A DNA stretch of 64,000 nt, from positions 334,455 to 398,454 of the forward strand of contig DOTG01000038.1 of the NCBI GenBank assembly GCA_003512955.1, written 5' to 3'. The translations under genes were made by a program, and so were the position numbers. The notes under the pieces are model-generated. The model had not been told where the DNA came from. It searched no databases and saw only the letters and a list, made by a program, of their open reading frames with translations. Origin of the DNA: Marinilabiliales bacterium (GTDB lineage Bacteria; Bacteroidota; Bacteroidia; Bacteroidales; SZUA-534). Shown here one piece after another: positions 18,403 to 27,387 of this stretch (position 1 is the stretch's first letter; every line of letters starts with the position of its first letter).

Positions 18403-19419
18403 ATGAATAGTTTATACCCGCTCAAGTTTAAACCCATCCTGAAAAACAAGATATGGGGAGGATCGCGATTAAAAACGGTGTTGAATAAAAATGCCGACGA
18501 CCATAATAAAGTGGGCGAAAGCTGGGAGGTTTCATCGGTAGAAGGTGAGCTGTCGGTGGTTGCCAATGGCTTTTTGGCCGAAAACAATATTGAAGAATTG
18601 ATTGAAATTTACATGGGCGATTTGGTGGGCGAATCGGTGTATGAACGGTTTGGTACCCAATTCCCCCTTTTAATCAAGTTCATTGATGCCAACGATTATT
18701 TGTCCATCCAGGTACATCCCAATGATGAATTGGCCGCCGAAAGGCACGGTTCGTCCGGAAAAACCGAGATGTGGTATATTATTGATGCGGTAAAAGATGC
18801 CGAATTGATTGTTGGGTTCAATCAACAAATGGATAAAACCAAATACCTGAGCTATTTTGGGTCGGGCCGCTTGCGCGATATTGTCAACTTTGAAAAGGTA
18901 CAACCCGGTGATGTTTTTTTTATGCCAGCCGGCCGTATCCACGCCACAGGGCCTGGAATTTTATTTGCTGAGATTCAGCAGACCTCCGACATTACCTACC
19001 GCATTTACGATTGGGACCGCCTGGGGGATGATGGCAAGCCTAGAGAATTGCATACAGAACTGGCGGTGGATGCCATTGACTATGAATTCCACAATTCGTT
19101 TAAAACAGCATACCAAGTACTGAAAAACAAGAGCAGCGAAATAGTTAAATGCCCCTATTTCACCACGAACTTTTTAAATTTTGACAAACCTTTAGAACTA
19201 GAGTATCATTGGCTCGATTCGTTTGTGATTTATATGGCTATGGAAGGAAGTGCAACCATCCGGTTTGATGCGGATGAAACACCTGTAAAAATTAGCAAAG
19301 GGGAAACGGTTTTAATACCTGCTGATTTGAAAGAAATCAGGCTTATCCCGGAAACAGAGAATGTAAAGATTCTTGAAGTGTATATTGAAGAAGAAGGCTC
19401 TATTCTAAATAAAGGTTGA
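18403..19419 (+). CDS. manA: Class I mannose-6-phosphate isomerase
   Basis: The ATG at 18403 gives MNSLYPLKFKPILKNKIWGG. Motifs SIQVHPND, KTEMWYII and AGRIHA match the type I PMI cupin metal site. Confidence 0.85.
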   Translation: MNSLYPLKFKPILKNKIWGGSRLKTVLNKNADDHNKVGESWEVSSVEGELSVVANGFLAENNIEELIEIYMGDLVGESVYERFGTQFPLLIKFIDANDYLSIQVHPNDELAAERHGSSGKTEMWYIIDAVKDAELIVGFNQQMDKTKYLSYFGSGRLRDIVNFEKVQPGDVFFMPAGRIHATGPGILFAEIQQTSDITYRIYDWDRLGDDGKPRELHTELAVDAIDYEFHNSFKTAYQVLKNKSSEIVKCPYFTTNFLNFDKPLELEYHWLDSFVIYMAMEGSATIRFDADETPVKISKGETVLIPADLKEIRLIPETENVKILEVYIEEEGSILNKG

Positions 19420-19431
19420 TAGTTTTGAAAA

Positions 19432-19578
19432 TAAGGTAATAAGGTTATTATCATTAGTTTAAAATATCCTACTAAGGTTAATTTTTAAAAAATAAGGTTT
19501 TAAAACCACCATGAAAACCTTATTTCGATTTTTTCAACCTTAGTAGAAATAAGGTTCTCATCAGTTAACAACCTTATT
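19432..19578. repeat. Cluster of eight TAAGGTT/AACCTTA words forming nested hairpins
   Basis: Forward copies start at 19432 (TAAGGTa), 19440, 19473, 19493 and 19550, and reverse copies at 19516, 19536 and 19570. Stems are 19469..19479/19536..19546 (11 bp), 19490..19501/19514..19525 (12 bp) and 19548..19556/19570..19578 (9 bp). Confidence 0.8.
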
Positions 19579-19680
19579 AGTGGTAGGTTTTGTAAAGTAA
19601 TCACATTTTTAGACCAGGTTAATTCTAATAATCACACGCTAATTAGAAAAGAGCCAAGAAGAATAATGGATGACCTAAAA

Positions 19681-19725
19681 TAGAAATCCCATGAACGGAC
19701 AAACCATCATGGGATTTCTATTTTG
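19681..19725. terminator. Bidirectional rho-independent terminator between convergent manA and lpdA
   Basis: TAGAAATCCCATGA-(12 nt)-TCATGGGATTTCTA is a 14-bp perfect stem. It is followed by TTTT on the plus strand and flanked by an A-run (a U-run on the other strand). Confidence 0.8.
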
Positions 19726-19739
19726 AGTTATTCCTGTTT

Positions 19740-21131
19740 TTAAATATGAATCACCTCGCCATAAGCAGCAGCGGCAGCCTCCATAATGGCTTCGCTCATG
19801 GTTGGGTGCGGATGAATGGCTTTTATCAGCTCATGGCCTGTAGTTTCAAGTTTTTTAGCTACCACCAATTCGGCAATCATCTCGGTTACATTGGCTCCAA
19901 TCAGATGCGCACCTAAAAGTTCCCCATACTTCTCATCAAAAATAAGCTTCACAAAACCATCTTTAGCCCCGGCAGCGCTGGCTTTTCCTGATGCGGTAAA
20001 TGGGAATTTCCCTACTTTAATTTGGTAACCGGCCTCCTTGGCAGCTTTTTCGGTCATACCCACCGAACCAATCTCAGGGGTTGTATAGGTACATCCGGGA
20101 ATATTGCTGTAGTCCACGGGGTGGGCATCCAAACCGGCAATTTTCTCAACGCAGGTAATCCCCTCTGCCGAAGCCACGTGGGCCAGTGCCGGGCCATGAA
20201 CAATATCACCAATGGCGTAAACCCCTTCCACGTTGGTACGGTAAAAACCGTCCACTTTTACTTTTCCTTTTTCCACGGCTACTCCCATTTCTTCCAGCCC
20301 AATACCTTCAATATTTGGAGTAATCCCCACTGCGGAAAGCACCACATCGGCTTCCAATTGCTCCTCTCCTTTTTTGGTTTTAACAAATACTTTGCAGGTT
20401 TTTCCGGAAATATCCACCTTTTCAACCGAAGAGGCTGTCATTACATTGATGCCAATCTTTTTAAAAGAACGCTCCAACTGTTTCGATACTTCTTCATCCT
20501 CGTTGGGTACAACATTGGGCAGAAATTCTACCAAGGTAACTTTGGTTCCAATGGTGGCATAAAAATAGGCAAATTCGCTGCCGATGGCCCCTGAACCCAC
20601 AACCACCATACTCTCGGGTTGTTTATCAAGTGTGAGGGCCTTGCGGTAACCAATGATTTTTTTACCGTCCTGAGGCAGATTGGGTAATTCTTTGGAACGT
20701 GCCCCGGTAGCCAGAATAATATGCCTGGCAGTAACCTCGCTCTTTTTACCGTCGGCATTGGTAACCTCCACCGTATTTTTTGCTTTGAGTTTTCCAAACC
20801 CCTGGATCACCTCAATTTTGTTCTTTTTAAACAAAAATTGGATTCCTTTGCTCATGCCATCGGCTACGCCACGGCTGCGTTCTACCATTTTGGTAAAATC
20901 GGGTTTGGCATCTCCTGAAAGAGCAATGCCATAATCGGCGGCATGTTTCATATATTCAAAAACCTGCGCACTTTTAAGCAAACTTTTGGTAGGAATGCAA
21001 CCCCAGTTTAAACAAATACCACCTAATTCGGCACGTTCAACAACGGCTGTTTTTAAACCCAATTGCGAAGCCCTGATAGCGGCAACATATCCGCCAGGCC
21101 CGCTCCCTATAATCAATACATCAAAATTCAT
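19740..21131 (-). CDS. lpdA: Dihydrolipoyl dehydrogenase (E3)
   Basis: 463 aa with the FAD motif GSGPGGY, the redox disulfide GGICLNWGCIPTK, the NAD motif GSGAIGSEF and the C-terminal HPHPTMSE. Confidence 0.95.
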   Translation of the reverse strand: MNFDVLIIGSGPGGYVAAIRASQLGLKTAVVERAELGGICLNWGCIPTKSLLKSAQVFEYMKHAADYGIALSGDAKPDFTKMVERSRGVADGMSKGIQFLFKKNKIEVIQGFGKLKAKNTVEVTNADGKKSEVTARHIILATGARSKELPNLPQDGKKIIGYRKALTLDKQPESMVVVGSGAIGSEFAYFYATIGTKVTLVEFLPNVVPNEDEEVSKQLERSFKKIGINVMTASSVEKVDISGKTCKVFVKTKKGEEQLEADVVLSAVGITPNIEGIGLEEMGVAVEKGKVKVDGFYRTNVEGVYAIGDIVHGPALAHVASAEGITCVEKIAGLDAHPVDYSNIPGCTYTTPEIGSVGMTEKAAKEAGYQIKVGKFPFTASGKASAAGAKDGFVKLIFDEKYGELLGAHLIGANVTEMIAELVVAKKLETTGHELIKAIHPHPTMSEAIMEAAAAAYGEVIHI

Positions 21132-21261
21132 GTTTGTTTATTTTATGCCTTGCACGATGCTTTGGCAGTTTTGCACTATAAACTATTCAAATTAAAAGAT
21201 GTTCACTAATATTTTAAATCAATTTCGTTTAGTTAGCAGAAAAGAATATTTTAATATCAGG

Positions 21262-21300
21262 TAGTCAGTATCGAGATATGAGATTGAGAGATACGAGACA
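21262..21300. repeat. Purine-rich GAGAT-word tract (GGTAGTCAGTATCGAGATATGAGATTGAGAGATACGAGACA)
   Basis: It consists of repeated GAGAT/GAGA words with a GTAT core and is followed about 30 nt later by a pyrimidine-rich tract containing CCAATTTAC. It lies between the znuB stop and the lpdA start. Confidence 0.5.
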
Positions 21301-21396
21301 CAAGATAATGTGCAAATTTGATGATGGGCCAATTTACTCACCTCCAATATTTCAACAATTTAACAATTCAACCTTGATACCCTGTAACCATTTAAC

Positions 21397-22257
21397 CTAA
21401 CCATTAACTGAATCCGTAATCTGCTCATTTGATTGCCTGTTTCTTCGCTCATAGACCATTTTAATTAATTTTGCCAGAAAAAAGATGAATGACAGCGTGA
21501 AAATGATTGCTGCTCCCGTGGGGATTCCTAACCAGAACGAGCCTGCTAACCCAGCCATTGTTCCTACAAAACTAATGACAATTGAATAAATGATGATGCG
21601 TTTAAAGTTGTTTGAGAACAGGTTAGCCGTGTTTTGCGGAAGGGTAAGCATGCTCATGACCAGGATAATGCCGGCAACTTTAATATTCATCACTATCCCC
21701 AAGGCGATAAGTAAAATCATGGTATAGTTTAGAAAATTAACAGGGGCTTTCTGCGATTTGGCAAAACCTTCGTCGAAGGCAAAAAACAAAATGGGACGGT
21801 AGAACACCGAAAAGAAAATTACAACAAAAGCCGCCAATACTGCCATTACCCATAATTCAGAAGCGCTAACCGTAAGAATACTTCCAAAAAGGTAACTCAT
21901 CAGGTTGGGGGTAAACCCCGGGGTAATATAAACAAAGATAATCCCAATGGCCATTCCTAGGGACCAAAGGATTCCGATGCTTGAATCGTTCCTGACATTT
22001 CCTTTTTTCGAAATCCATTCGATACCCAATGCCGAAATCATGGCAAACAGCGTGGCTCCCAGAAATGGCGGCATCCCAAAATAAAAAGCCATACCAATAC
22101 CTCCAAACGATGCATGGGTAATTCCACCGGAAATAAAAACCATCCGCTTGCTGACGATATAAGTTCCTAAAACCCCACAAATAATGCTTGACAACAACGC
22201 AGCCATAAAGGCATGGTTGATGAACGTATAACTGAAAAGATCAATAATTGCTTGCAT
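21397..22257 (-). CDS. znuB: Metal (Zn/Mn-type) ABC transporter permease (ABC-3 family)
   Basis: 286 aa and highly hydrophobic, with about 8-9 TM segments. It sits next to the cognate ATPase. The zinc assignment is inferred only from the His-rich loop of the binding protein. Confidence 0.8.
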   Translation of the reverse strand: MQAIIDLFSYTFINHAFMAALLSSIICGVLGTYIVSKRMVFISGGITHASFGGIGMAFYFGMPPFLGATLFAMISALGIEWISKKGNVRNDSSIGILWSLGMAIGIIFVYITPGFTPNLMSYLFGSILTVSASELWVMAVLAAFVVIFFSVFYRPILFFAFDEGFAKSQKAPVNFLNYTMILLIALGIVMNIKVAGIILVMSMLTLPQNTANLFSNNFKRIIIYSIVISFVGTMAGLAGSFWLGIPTGAAIIFTLSFIFFLAKLIKMVYERRNRQSNEQITDSVNG

Positions 22258-22260
22258 GGA

Positions 22261-23004
22261 TTATAATTTATGAGGTGCCAAAACCTGGTGAGGAACCTCG
22301 CCATGAGTAATCAGCTTGATGGGGCAATTGTAATGGGTCAACTGCTCCTGAGTAATTTTGTTCGATTGGTGGTAATGCAGTTTCCGGTTCACACAGGCAA
22401 TGGTTTTTACATGGCTCGAAATAATTCCTAAATCGTGCGACACCATTAAAATAGCCATATTTTGGTTCAATGATTTTAACCACCCGAAAAGTTCATGTTC
22501 AAACTGATTGTCAACAAAGGTGCTGGGTTCGTCCAGGATCAACAATTCCGGCTGGTTCATGAGTGCCCGGCAAAGCAACGCCCGCTGCATCTGTCCACCC
22601 GATAATCGCCCGATAGATTTATTCTTTAAATGAATGATACCCGCCTGTTCCAATAATGATAAGGCATATATTTTATCATCGGGGTTGAACTTTTTCCACA
22701 GTCCCTTTTTCCCTGCCAAACCGGAAAGTACCACATCAAAAACCGAAATGGGAAAATCCTTATCAATAGGATTAATCTGAGGCAGGTATCCTATTTTTGA
22801 AGACTTAATATGATATCGGATGCTCCCTTCCCAATAAGGAATCAGTCCCAGGATGGTGCGTATCAACGTGGTTTTTCCGCCACCGTTAGGGCCAATCACT
22901 CCAACAAAATCGTTGGGAGCTATTTCGAAGGTAACATTTTCCAACACCTTTTGAGTTTGGTAACCCACGGATAGGTTTTGAATTGCTACTAACGGATTAT
23001 TCAT
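22261..23004 (-). CDS. znuC: Metal ABC transporter ATP-binding protein
   Basis: 247 aa with Walker A GPNGGGKTT, the signature LSGGQMQR and Walker B LLILDEP. Confidence 0.9.
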   Translation of the reverse strand: MNNPLVAIQNLSVGYQTQKVLENVTFEIAPNDFVGVIGPNGGGKTTLIRTILGLIPYWEGSIRYHIKSSKIGYLPQINPIDKDFPISVFDVVLSGLAGKKGLWKKFNPDDKIYALSLLEQAGIIHLKNKSIGRLSGGQMQRALLCRALMNQPELLILDEPSTFVDNQFEHELFGWLKSLNQNMAILMVSHDLGIISSHVKTIACVNRKLHYHQSNKITQEQLTHYNCPIKLITHGEVPHQVLAPHKL

Positions 23005-23020
23005 TTTGAGGTATTTAAAA

Positions 23021-23066
23021 AATGGGAAAATGGGAAAATGGGGGTATGGGAAAATGGGATTTCCCA
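23021..23066. repeat. Five tandem 8-mers (AATGGGAA AATGGGAA AATGGGGG TATGGGAA AATGGGAT): the downstream arm of the four-helix-bundle cassette
   Basis: The 8-nt periodicity can be read directly. The tract is an imperfect inverted match to 23551..23600. Confidence 0.8.
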
Positions 23067-23136
23067 GAAGCGCAAAATTGGTAAACTAAAAAAGCTGATT
23101 GCATATTATACTATTTTTCTTGGTGTAGCTTGTTTT

Positions 23137-23496
23137 CTACGACTTTATAAGATTAATAAGTCCATTTTCTACTTTGTAATGGAGGTTATTCAACTCTTCA
23201 AATTCATTTTCAGATAATTGGTTAGCCTTGTTAAAACTATAAATCGAGGAGAAATACTCACTACTTGAACCTAATGAATAATTCAAAAAAACCAAATATT
23301 CTTTGGTACTTTTTCTACCATAACCTTCAGCAATATTCCTGCTTATGCTTTGCGAAGCATCAATACAATTTCCCATTGTTTTCTTTAGTTCAAAAGGTTG
23401 TTTTGTTAGAATTTTACAGGTTAAAACATATAATTCAATTGCATCCTGCCATACAATAAGGTTGCAAAACCCTTTATTTGAATTCCATTTACCCAT
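23137..23496 (-). CDS. Four-helix-bundle protein (23S rRNA intervening-sequence protein family; Avd-like fold)
   Basis: 119 aa with the hallmark blocks ...SISRNIAEGYGR.S.KEY..FL.YSLGS..E..., typical of this family. It is inserted between znuA and znuC. Confidence 0.85.
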   Translation of the reverse strand: MGKWNSNKGFCNLIVWQDAIELYVLTCKILTKQPFELKKTMGNCIDASQSISRNIAEGYGRKSTKEYLVFLNYSLGSSSEYFSSIYSFNKANQLSENEFEELNNLHYKVENGLINLIKS

Positions 23497-23550
23497 TTTG
23501 AAGTATTAAGTGTTCATTTCTTATTAATAATCTTACCAAAAAACTTAAAA

Positions 23551-23600
23551 TTACCCAGCTTTCCGATACCCCAATTCCCCTTTTCCTCATCTTCCCAATT
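23551..23600. repeat. Pyrimidine-rich upstream arm of the four-helix-bundle cassette
   Basis: The reverse complement reads AATTGGGA AGATGAGG AAAAGGGG AATTGGGG TATCGGAA AGCTGGGT. It has 8-nt periodicity and aligns with 23021..23066 around GGGGTATNGGAAA. Confidence 0.75.
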
Positions 23601-23627
23601 TACCAGCAACAAAAAAACAACCCCTCG

Positions 23628-24515
23628 TTATTCGTGCATTTCAGCAAACGCCTCCCCAAACTCCTTCATGGTATTGAACCAATCGTAATCCAAAGGATTC
23701 ATGGAAACCACTTTCCCGTTGATTTGGCTGGCAATGGTACGGGCTTGGGCGTTGCTAAATTCTTTTTGTACAAACACCATTTGAATATTATTTTGAGTAG
23801 CAAAGTCAATAATGTTTTTTAATTTGTCAGCCGTAGCCTCTTTTCCGTTGTGCTCAATGGCCACCTGATGCAACCCATAATCGCGGGCTAAATAAGTCCA
23901 TACCGGGTGATAGACAATAAAACTGGTCCCCTGGGCATGTTGCAACTGACTGCTGAGTATTTGATGCACAGAGTCGCATTGGGTTGTAAACCGTGAATAA
24001 TTTTGTTCCATTTCTGCCAGATGCTCCGGATATAATCCGGATAAGGCCCTAAAAATATTGGTGGCTTGTATCTTAACCAATTCCGGAGAGAGCCAGATGT
24101 GCGGATTGTAAACTTCTTGATGGTGCGCGTGTTCCTTGGTTGCTTCGGTTTGCGTGGAATCATCGGAGACAAAAGAAACTCCCAAAGAGGTGTCAAATAC
24201 TTTCATATCGGGTGAAACCGAAACCAGTTTTTCCATCCAGGCGCTTTCAAAGGTGATTTGTCCAATCTTAAAATAGGCCGACGATTTCGACAAAGCTTTC
24301 ATCTGCAACGGGGTAGGCTCATAGGTATGCGGATTCCCTCCAGGAGGGATCATTACATTCACCTCAAGCCAATCGCCAGCAATCTGGTTAACAAAAAACT
24401 GCTGAGGAATAATGCTCACTGTCACTACAGGTTTTTCCGGTTTTGGAGCATTTGAGATGCAACCTGTACCTATCCACACAACTAAAACGAATACTGATAC
24501 CGGGAATTGTTTCAT
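23628..24515 (-). CDS. znuA: Metal ABC transporter substrate-binding lipoprotein (ZnuA-like)
   Basis: 295 aa with the lipobox ...WIGTGC. A His/acidic-rich loop (TQTEATKEHAHHQEVYNPHIW) suggests zinc, and the sequence has cluster A-I SBP character. Confidence 0.8.
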   Translation of the reverse strand: MKQFPVSVFVLVVWIGTGCISNAPKPEKPVVTVSIIPQQFFVNQIAGDWLEVNVMIPPGGNPHTYEPTPLQMKALSKSSAYFKIGQITFESAWMEKLVSVSPDMKVFDTSLGVSFVSDDSTQTEATKEHAHHQEVYNPHIWLSPELVKIQATNIFRALSGLYPEHLAEMEQNYSRFTTQCDSVHQILSSQLQHAQGTSFIVYHPVWTYLARDYGLHQVAIEHNGKEATADKLKNIIDFATQNNIQMVFVQKEFSNAQARTIASQINGKVVSMNPLDYDWFNTMKEFGEAFAEMHE

Positions 24516-24691
24516 CTTTTTGAATTTAGAACGACAAAATTAAGAAATAAACGGAAGTACAAACAGAGTGGCGATTTGTTTTATAAAGCCAGCATGTATA
24601 GCATCAAAATTTTATAAACCTCACATCGCAACCAATTGTTAAAAAAATCATCTACATACCTGAATGAACTAAACCATAAAAACAGAAAACT

Positions 24692-25483
24692 ATGAAACAT
24701 TTACTTGGCCTCATGTTGATTATCTGCACCTACACAGGTTTCGCCCAGGATAAAATTGTAAAAACAACCGGTGATGTAGTAAACTGTAAGGTTTCAGAGA
24801 TTCTTTCCGATGAAATAAAATATTATTATACCGATAATCCAAAAATAATTTTTGGTATTGATAAAACTCTGGTTGATAGAATTGAATTTGCCACTGGCGA
24901 AACAATCAAAATTGACGGGAACAGTTTCGATAATTCTGAATATTATGCCAATCAAAGGAAAAGGGCATTAAAAATAAATTTTCTGTCGCCTTTACTGGGA
25001 AGTACAGAATTGGTTTATGAGCAAAATATCAAACCCGGTAAATCATGGGAAACTGCCATTGGTATCATTGGGCTTGGTTTTGATACTTATGAGCTTAACA
25101 GCCAAGGTATTTATGGCAAGCTGGCTTATAAATTTATGAGGACTCCCAATTTTTATACCCAAAGAATGCACTATGCCCACATTATGAAGGGAGCTTATTT
25201 TGCCCCCGAACTTGCCTTCCGGTATGCAAAGTACGATTACGAGGATTGGGATTATTACAATGGAGGGAATACGACAAGAAAAGAGGATCTAGCCCTGGCA
25301 TTTACTTTAAAATTCGGAAAACAATGGGTTTTTGATGATGCTTTGGTGGTAGATACTTTTTTTGGTGTGGGTTATGGTTTTAGTAAAGATAATAAAGAGT
25401 CAATACCTTATGGTTTTGCTGTATTCGATAATGAATTTCCAATTGCATTAACATACGGATTACGAATTGGTTGGGCCTTTTAA
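24692..25483 (+). CDS. Hypothetical signal-peptide protein, probably an OM beta-barrel
   Basis: 263 aa with the signal peptide MKHLLGLMLIICTYTGFAQ. The C-terminal half is aromatic/Gly-rich and ends ...LRIGWAF. Confidence 0.5.
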   Translation: MKHLLGLMLIICTYTGFAQDKIVKTTGDVVNCKVSEILSDEIKYYYTDNPKIIFGIDKTLVDRIEFATGETIKIDGNSFDNSEYYANQRKRALKINFLSPLLGSTELVYEQNIKPGKSWETAIGIIGLGFDTYELNSQGIYGKLAYKFMRTPNFYTQRMHYAHIMKGAYFAPELAFRYAKYDYEDWDYYNGGNTTRKEDLALAFTLKFGKQWVFDDALVVDTFFGVGYGFSKDNKESIPYGFAVFDNEFPIALTYGLRIGWAF

Positions 25484-25503
25484 GATTGAAAATGGAATTA
25501 TCA

Positions 25504-27303
25504 TCAATCAATAATCCCCATACGCTCCATTAAAAAAGAGGCATTCATATTTTTTGTGACCCCGGGCTGCAGTTTGTAATCAAATTGCAGCTCGTTGTTT
25601 TTAATGGCCACTTCAAAACACAAGGCTTTGAATACCTGGGGCTGTTGTTCTGCCAAACGGGCTAATTCCAGATCGTGGGTAGCCACCAATCCGTAAGCAT
25701 TTTTCCGGGTAATTTTTTTTACAAACCCAATAGAACCTTTGCGCTTATCCTCGGAGTTTGTCCCGCGCAGAATCTCATCCAGAATAATGAACAGTTTTTC
25801 ACCTTTATCCAATTCTTGCGCAATCCGCTGCAATCTTTTCAGTTCGGCAAAAAAGTACGATTCATGCTTCATCAACGAATCCTCGGTACGCATGCTGGTA
25901 AACAATGGTAAAGGAGTGAATACCATTTTGGTGGCACAAACAGGTGCACCACAGCCCGCCAAAACCAAATTCGAAGCAATGGTCCTTAAAAATGTACTTT
26001 TCCCGGCCATGTTTGCTCCCGTGATGATGGTATAACGTTGTGAATCATCAATATTGAAGTGGTTACATACACGGGTTTCTTCATCCAATAAGGGATGCCC
26101 CAATTCTTCGGCAGTAAATTCAAAGCACTCATCGGCCAGAAGCGGGAAAATGTATTCCGGGTGATTAAAACGGAAATTCGCCAAACTCATCAGGGCATCA
26201 AAATAGGCAACTGTTTTTTGCCACTCTTCAAAATCCATTTGATGTGTCCGTTGCCACTTTTCAATACGCCACAAACATTGCCAATCCCAAAACAAAAGGC
26301 TGTTCAGCAGAATACCAATCAGGATGTTGTTCCTATTATCCAACGCATCAAGCAGGGTTGTCAATTGTTGAATCTGCTTGCTGACAGGAAGGGCATTTTT
26401 AAATAATTTTTGATGAAGTTCTTGGGTTAAAGAGGCTTGGGGTTTGATATTTTCAATGAGTTTCATCAATTGCAGCATTTTTTTCAATTGCAAATGACCC
26501 GACGAAAGTAGCGCATAACGTTTATTAAATTCCTTTAAACCAACACCCACGCAGCCAAGATTGAAAATCATCAGGTAAATAAACACAGTCCAATTCACCC
26601 AATTACCTATAACCAAAGCCAATACCGTAAAATTTAGCAGAGGCCAAAGCCACAGTAAAGCGGCAAAAACTCTTTTTGACTTAAAGAACGAGGGTTGGGT
26701 CAACCACTTTTCAATAATTTCTTTTTCGTTTTCTCCTGTTGGATAAAGCCTGCCAAATGCCCCGAATGATTGCCGGAACTCCACATCCGGAGCCAATTCT
26801 TCAATGGATTGCTGTTGTTTTAAGATAATTTGAGTGGGTAATGGGGTTTCCTTCAACCAAAAAGCCAGCAACTTTTTCCCTCCTTGGGTTACAGTCCGGT
26901 TCAGAAATTGAAACAGCGAACCCGGACCAAACAAATCAATATCATACGAATAAACATGTCCCACATCAATAAACCCGTTACCTCCATCGGATCCGCTAAA
27001 ATCACCCAGACAACTTTTTAACTCCAATTGATTAATCTCCAACAATTTCAACAAATAACCGCGTTTATCTTCCACCCGCTTATGCCATTTAATGAAAACA
27101 AAAAAGACTATCAAAAAGGCTGCCCCAACAGATGCCCCTAACCACGAAAACACTGGATAAAGCCAAATCCATGAAACCAAGCTGCATGCAAAAACCAGCA
27201 ATCGTGAAAAAGAAAGCACGAAATGCTTTTGCTGTATCGAGGAAAGGCTTTTTGTTAAAACATCTATACGCTGTTGATATATCTTTGCTTGTGAACGTCC
27301 CAT
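25504..27303 (-). CDS. MutS-related protein (MutS domain V ATPase with an N-terminal membrane region)
   Basis: Walker A is TGANMAGKSTFLRTI and Walker B is LFIILDEILRGTN, followed by ...THD. The N-terminal half contains several hydrophobic helices. I prefer the ATG at 27303 over the TTG at 27318. Confidence 0.8.
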   Translation of the reverse strand: MGRSQAKIYQQRIDVLTKSLSSIQQKHFVLSFSRLLVFACSLVSWIWLYPVFSWLGASVGAAFLIVFFVFIKWHKRVEDKRGYLLKLLEINQLELKSCLGDFSGSDGGNGFIDVGHVYSYDIDLFGPGSLFQFLNRTVTQGGKKLLAFWLKETPLPTQIILKQQQSIEELAPDVEFRQSFGAFGRLYPTGENEKEIIEKWLTQPSFFKSKRVFAALLWLWPLLNFTVLALVIGNWVNWTVFIYLMIFNLGCVGVGLKEFNKRYALLSSGHLQLKKMLQLMKLIENIKPQASLTQELHQKLFKNALPVSKQIQQLTTLLDALDNRNNILIGILLNSLLFWDWQCLWRIEKWQRTHQMDFEEWQKTVAYFDALMSLANFRFNHPEYIFPLLADECFEFTAEELGHPLLDEETRVCNHFNIDDSQRYTIITGANMAGKSTFLRTIASNLVLAGCGAPVCATKMVFTPLPLFTSMRTEDSLMKHESYFFAELKRLQRIAQELDKGEKLFIILDEILRGTNSEDKRKGSIGFVKKITRKNAYGLVATHDLELARLAEQQPQVFKALCFEVAIKNNELQFDYKLQPGVTKNMNASFLMERMGIID

Positions 27304-27387
27304 CTTAAATTTATTCAAATGTTCTGGCCATTATCGCCACTGAAATGAATCCGCTGCTAAAACTAATTAAAACTGGAAAAAGGAATC

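Noticed and set aside
20022-20594. 190-aa ORF on the plus strand, plus several shorter ones between 19816 and 21195
   Set aside because: It lies entirely antisense to the strongly supported lpdA gene. The product is low-complexity with no recognisable motif, which is typical of a shadow ORF.
23021-23066. Whether the tandem 8-mers are a CRISPR array or a minisatellite
   Set aside because: The units are only 8 nt, contiguous and without spacers, and no cas genes are present. They are better explained as one arm of the inverted-repeat cassette.
25504-27303. Whether the membrane-associated MutS-domain protein is an unusual defence or repair system
   Set aside because: From memory, a domain-V-only MutS paralogue with an N-terminal membrane region is common in Bacteroidota. 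Nothing in the neighbourhood suggests a system.
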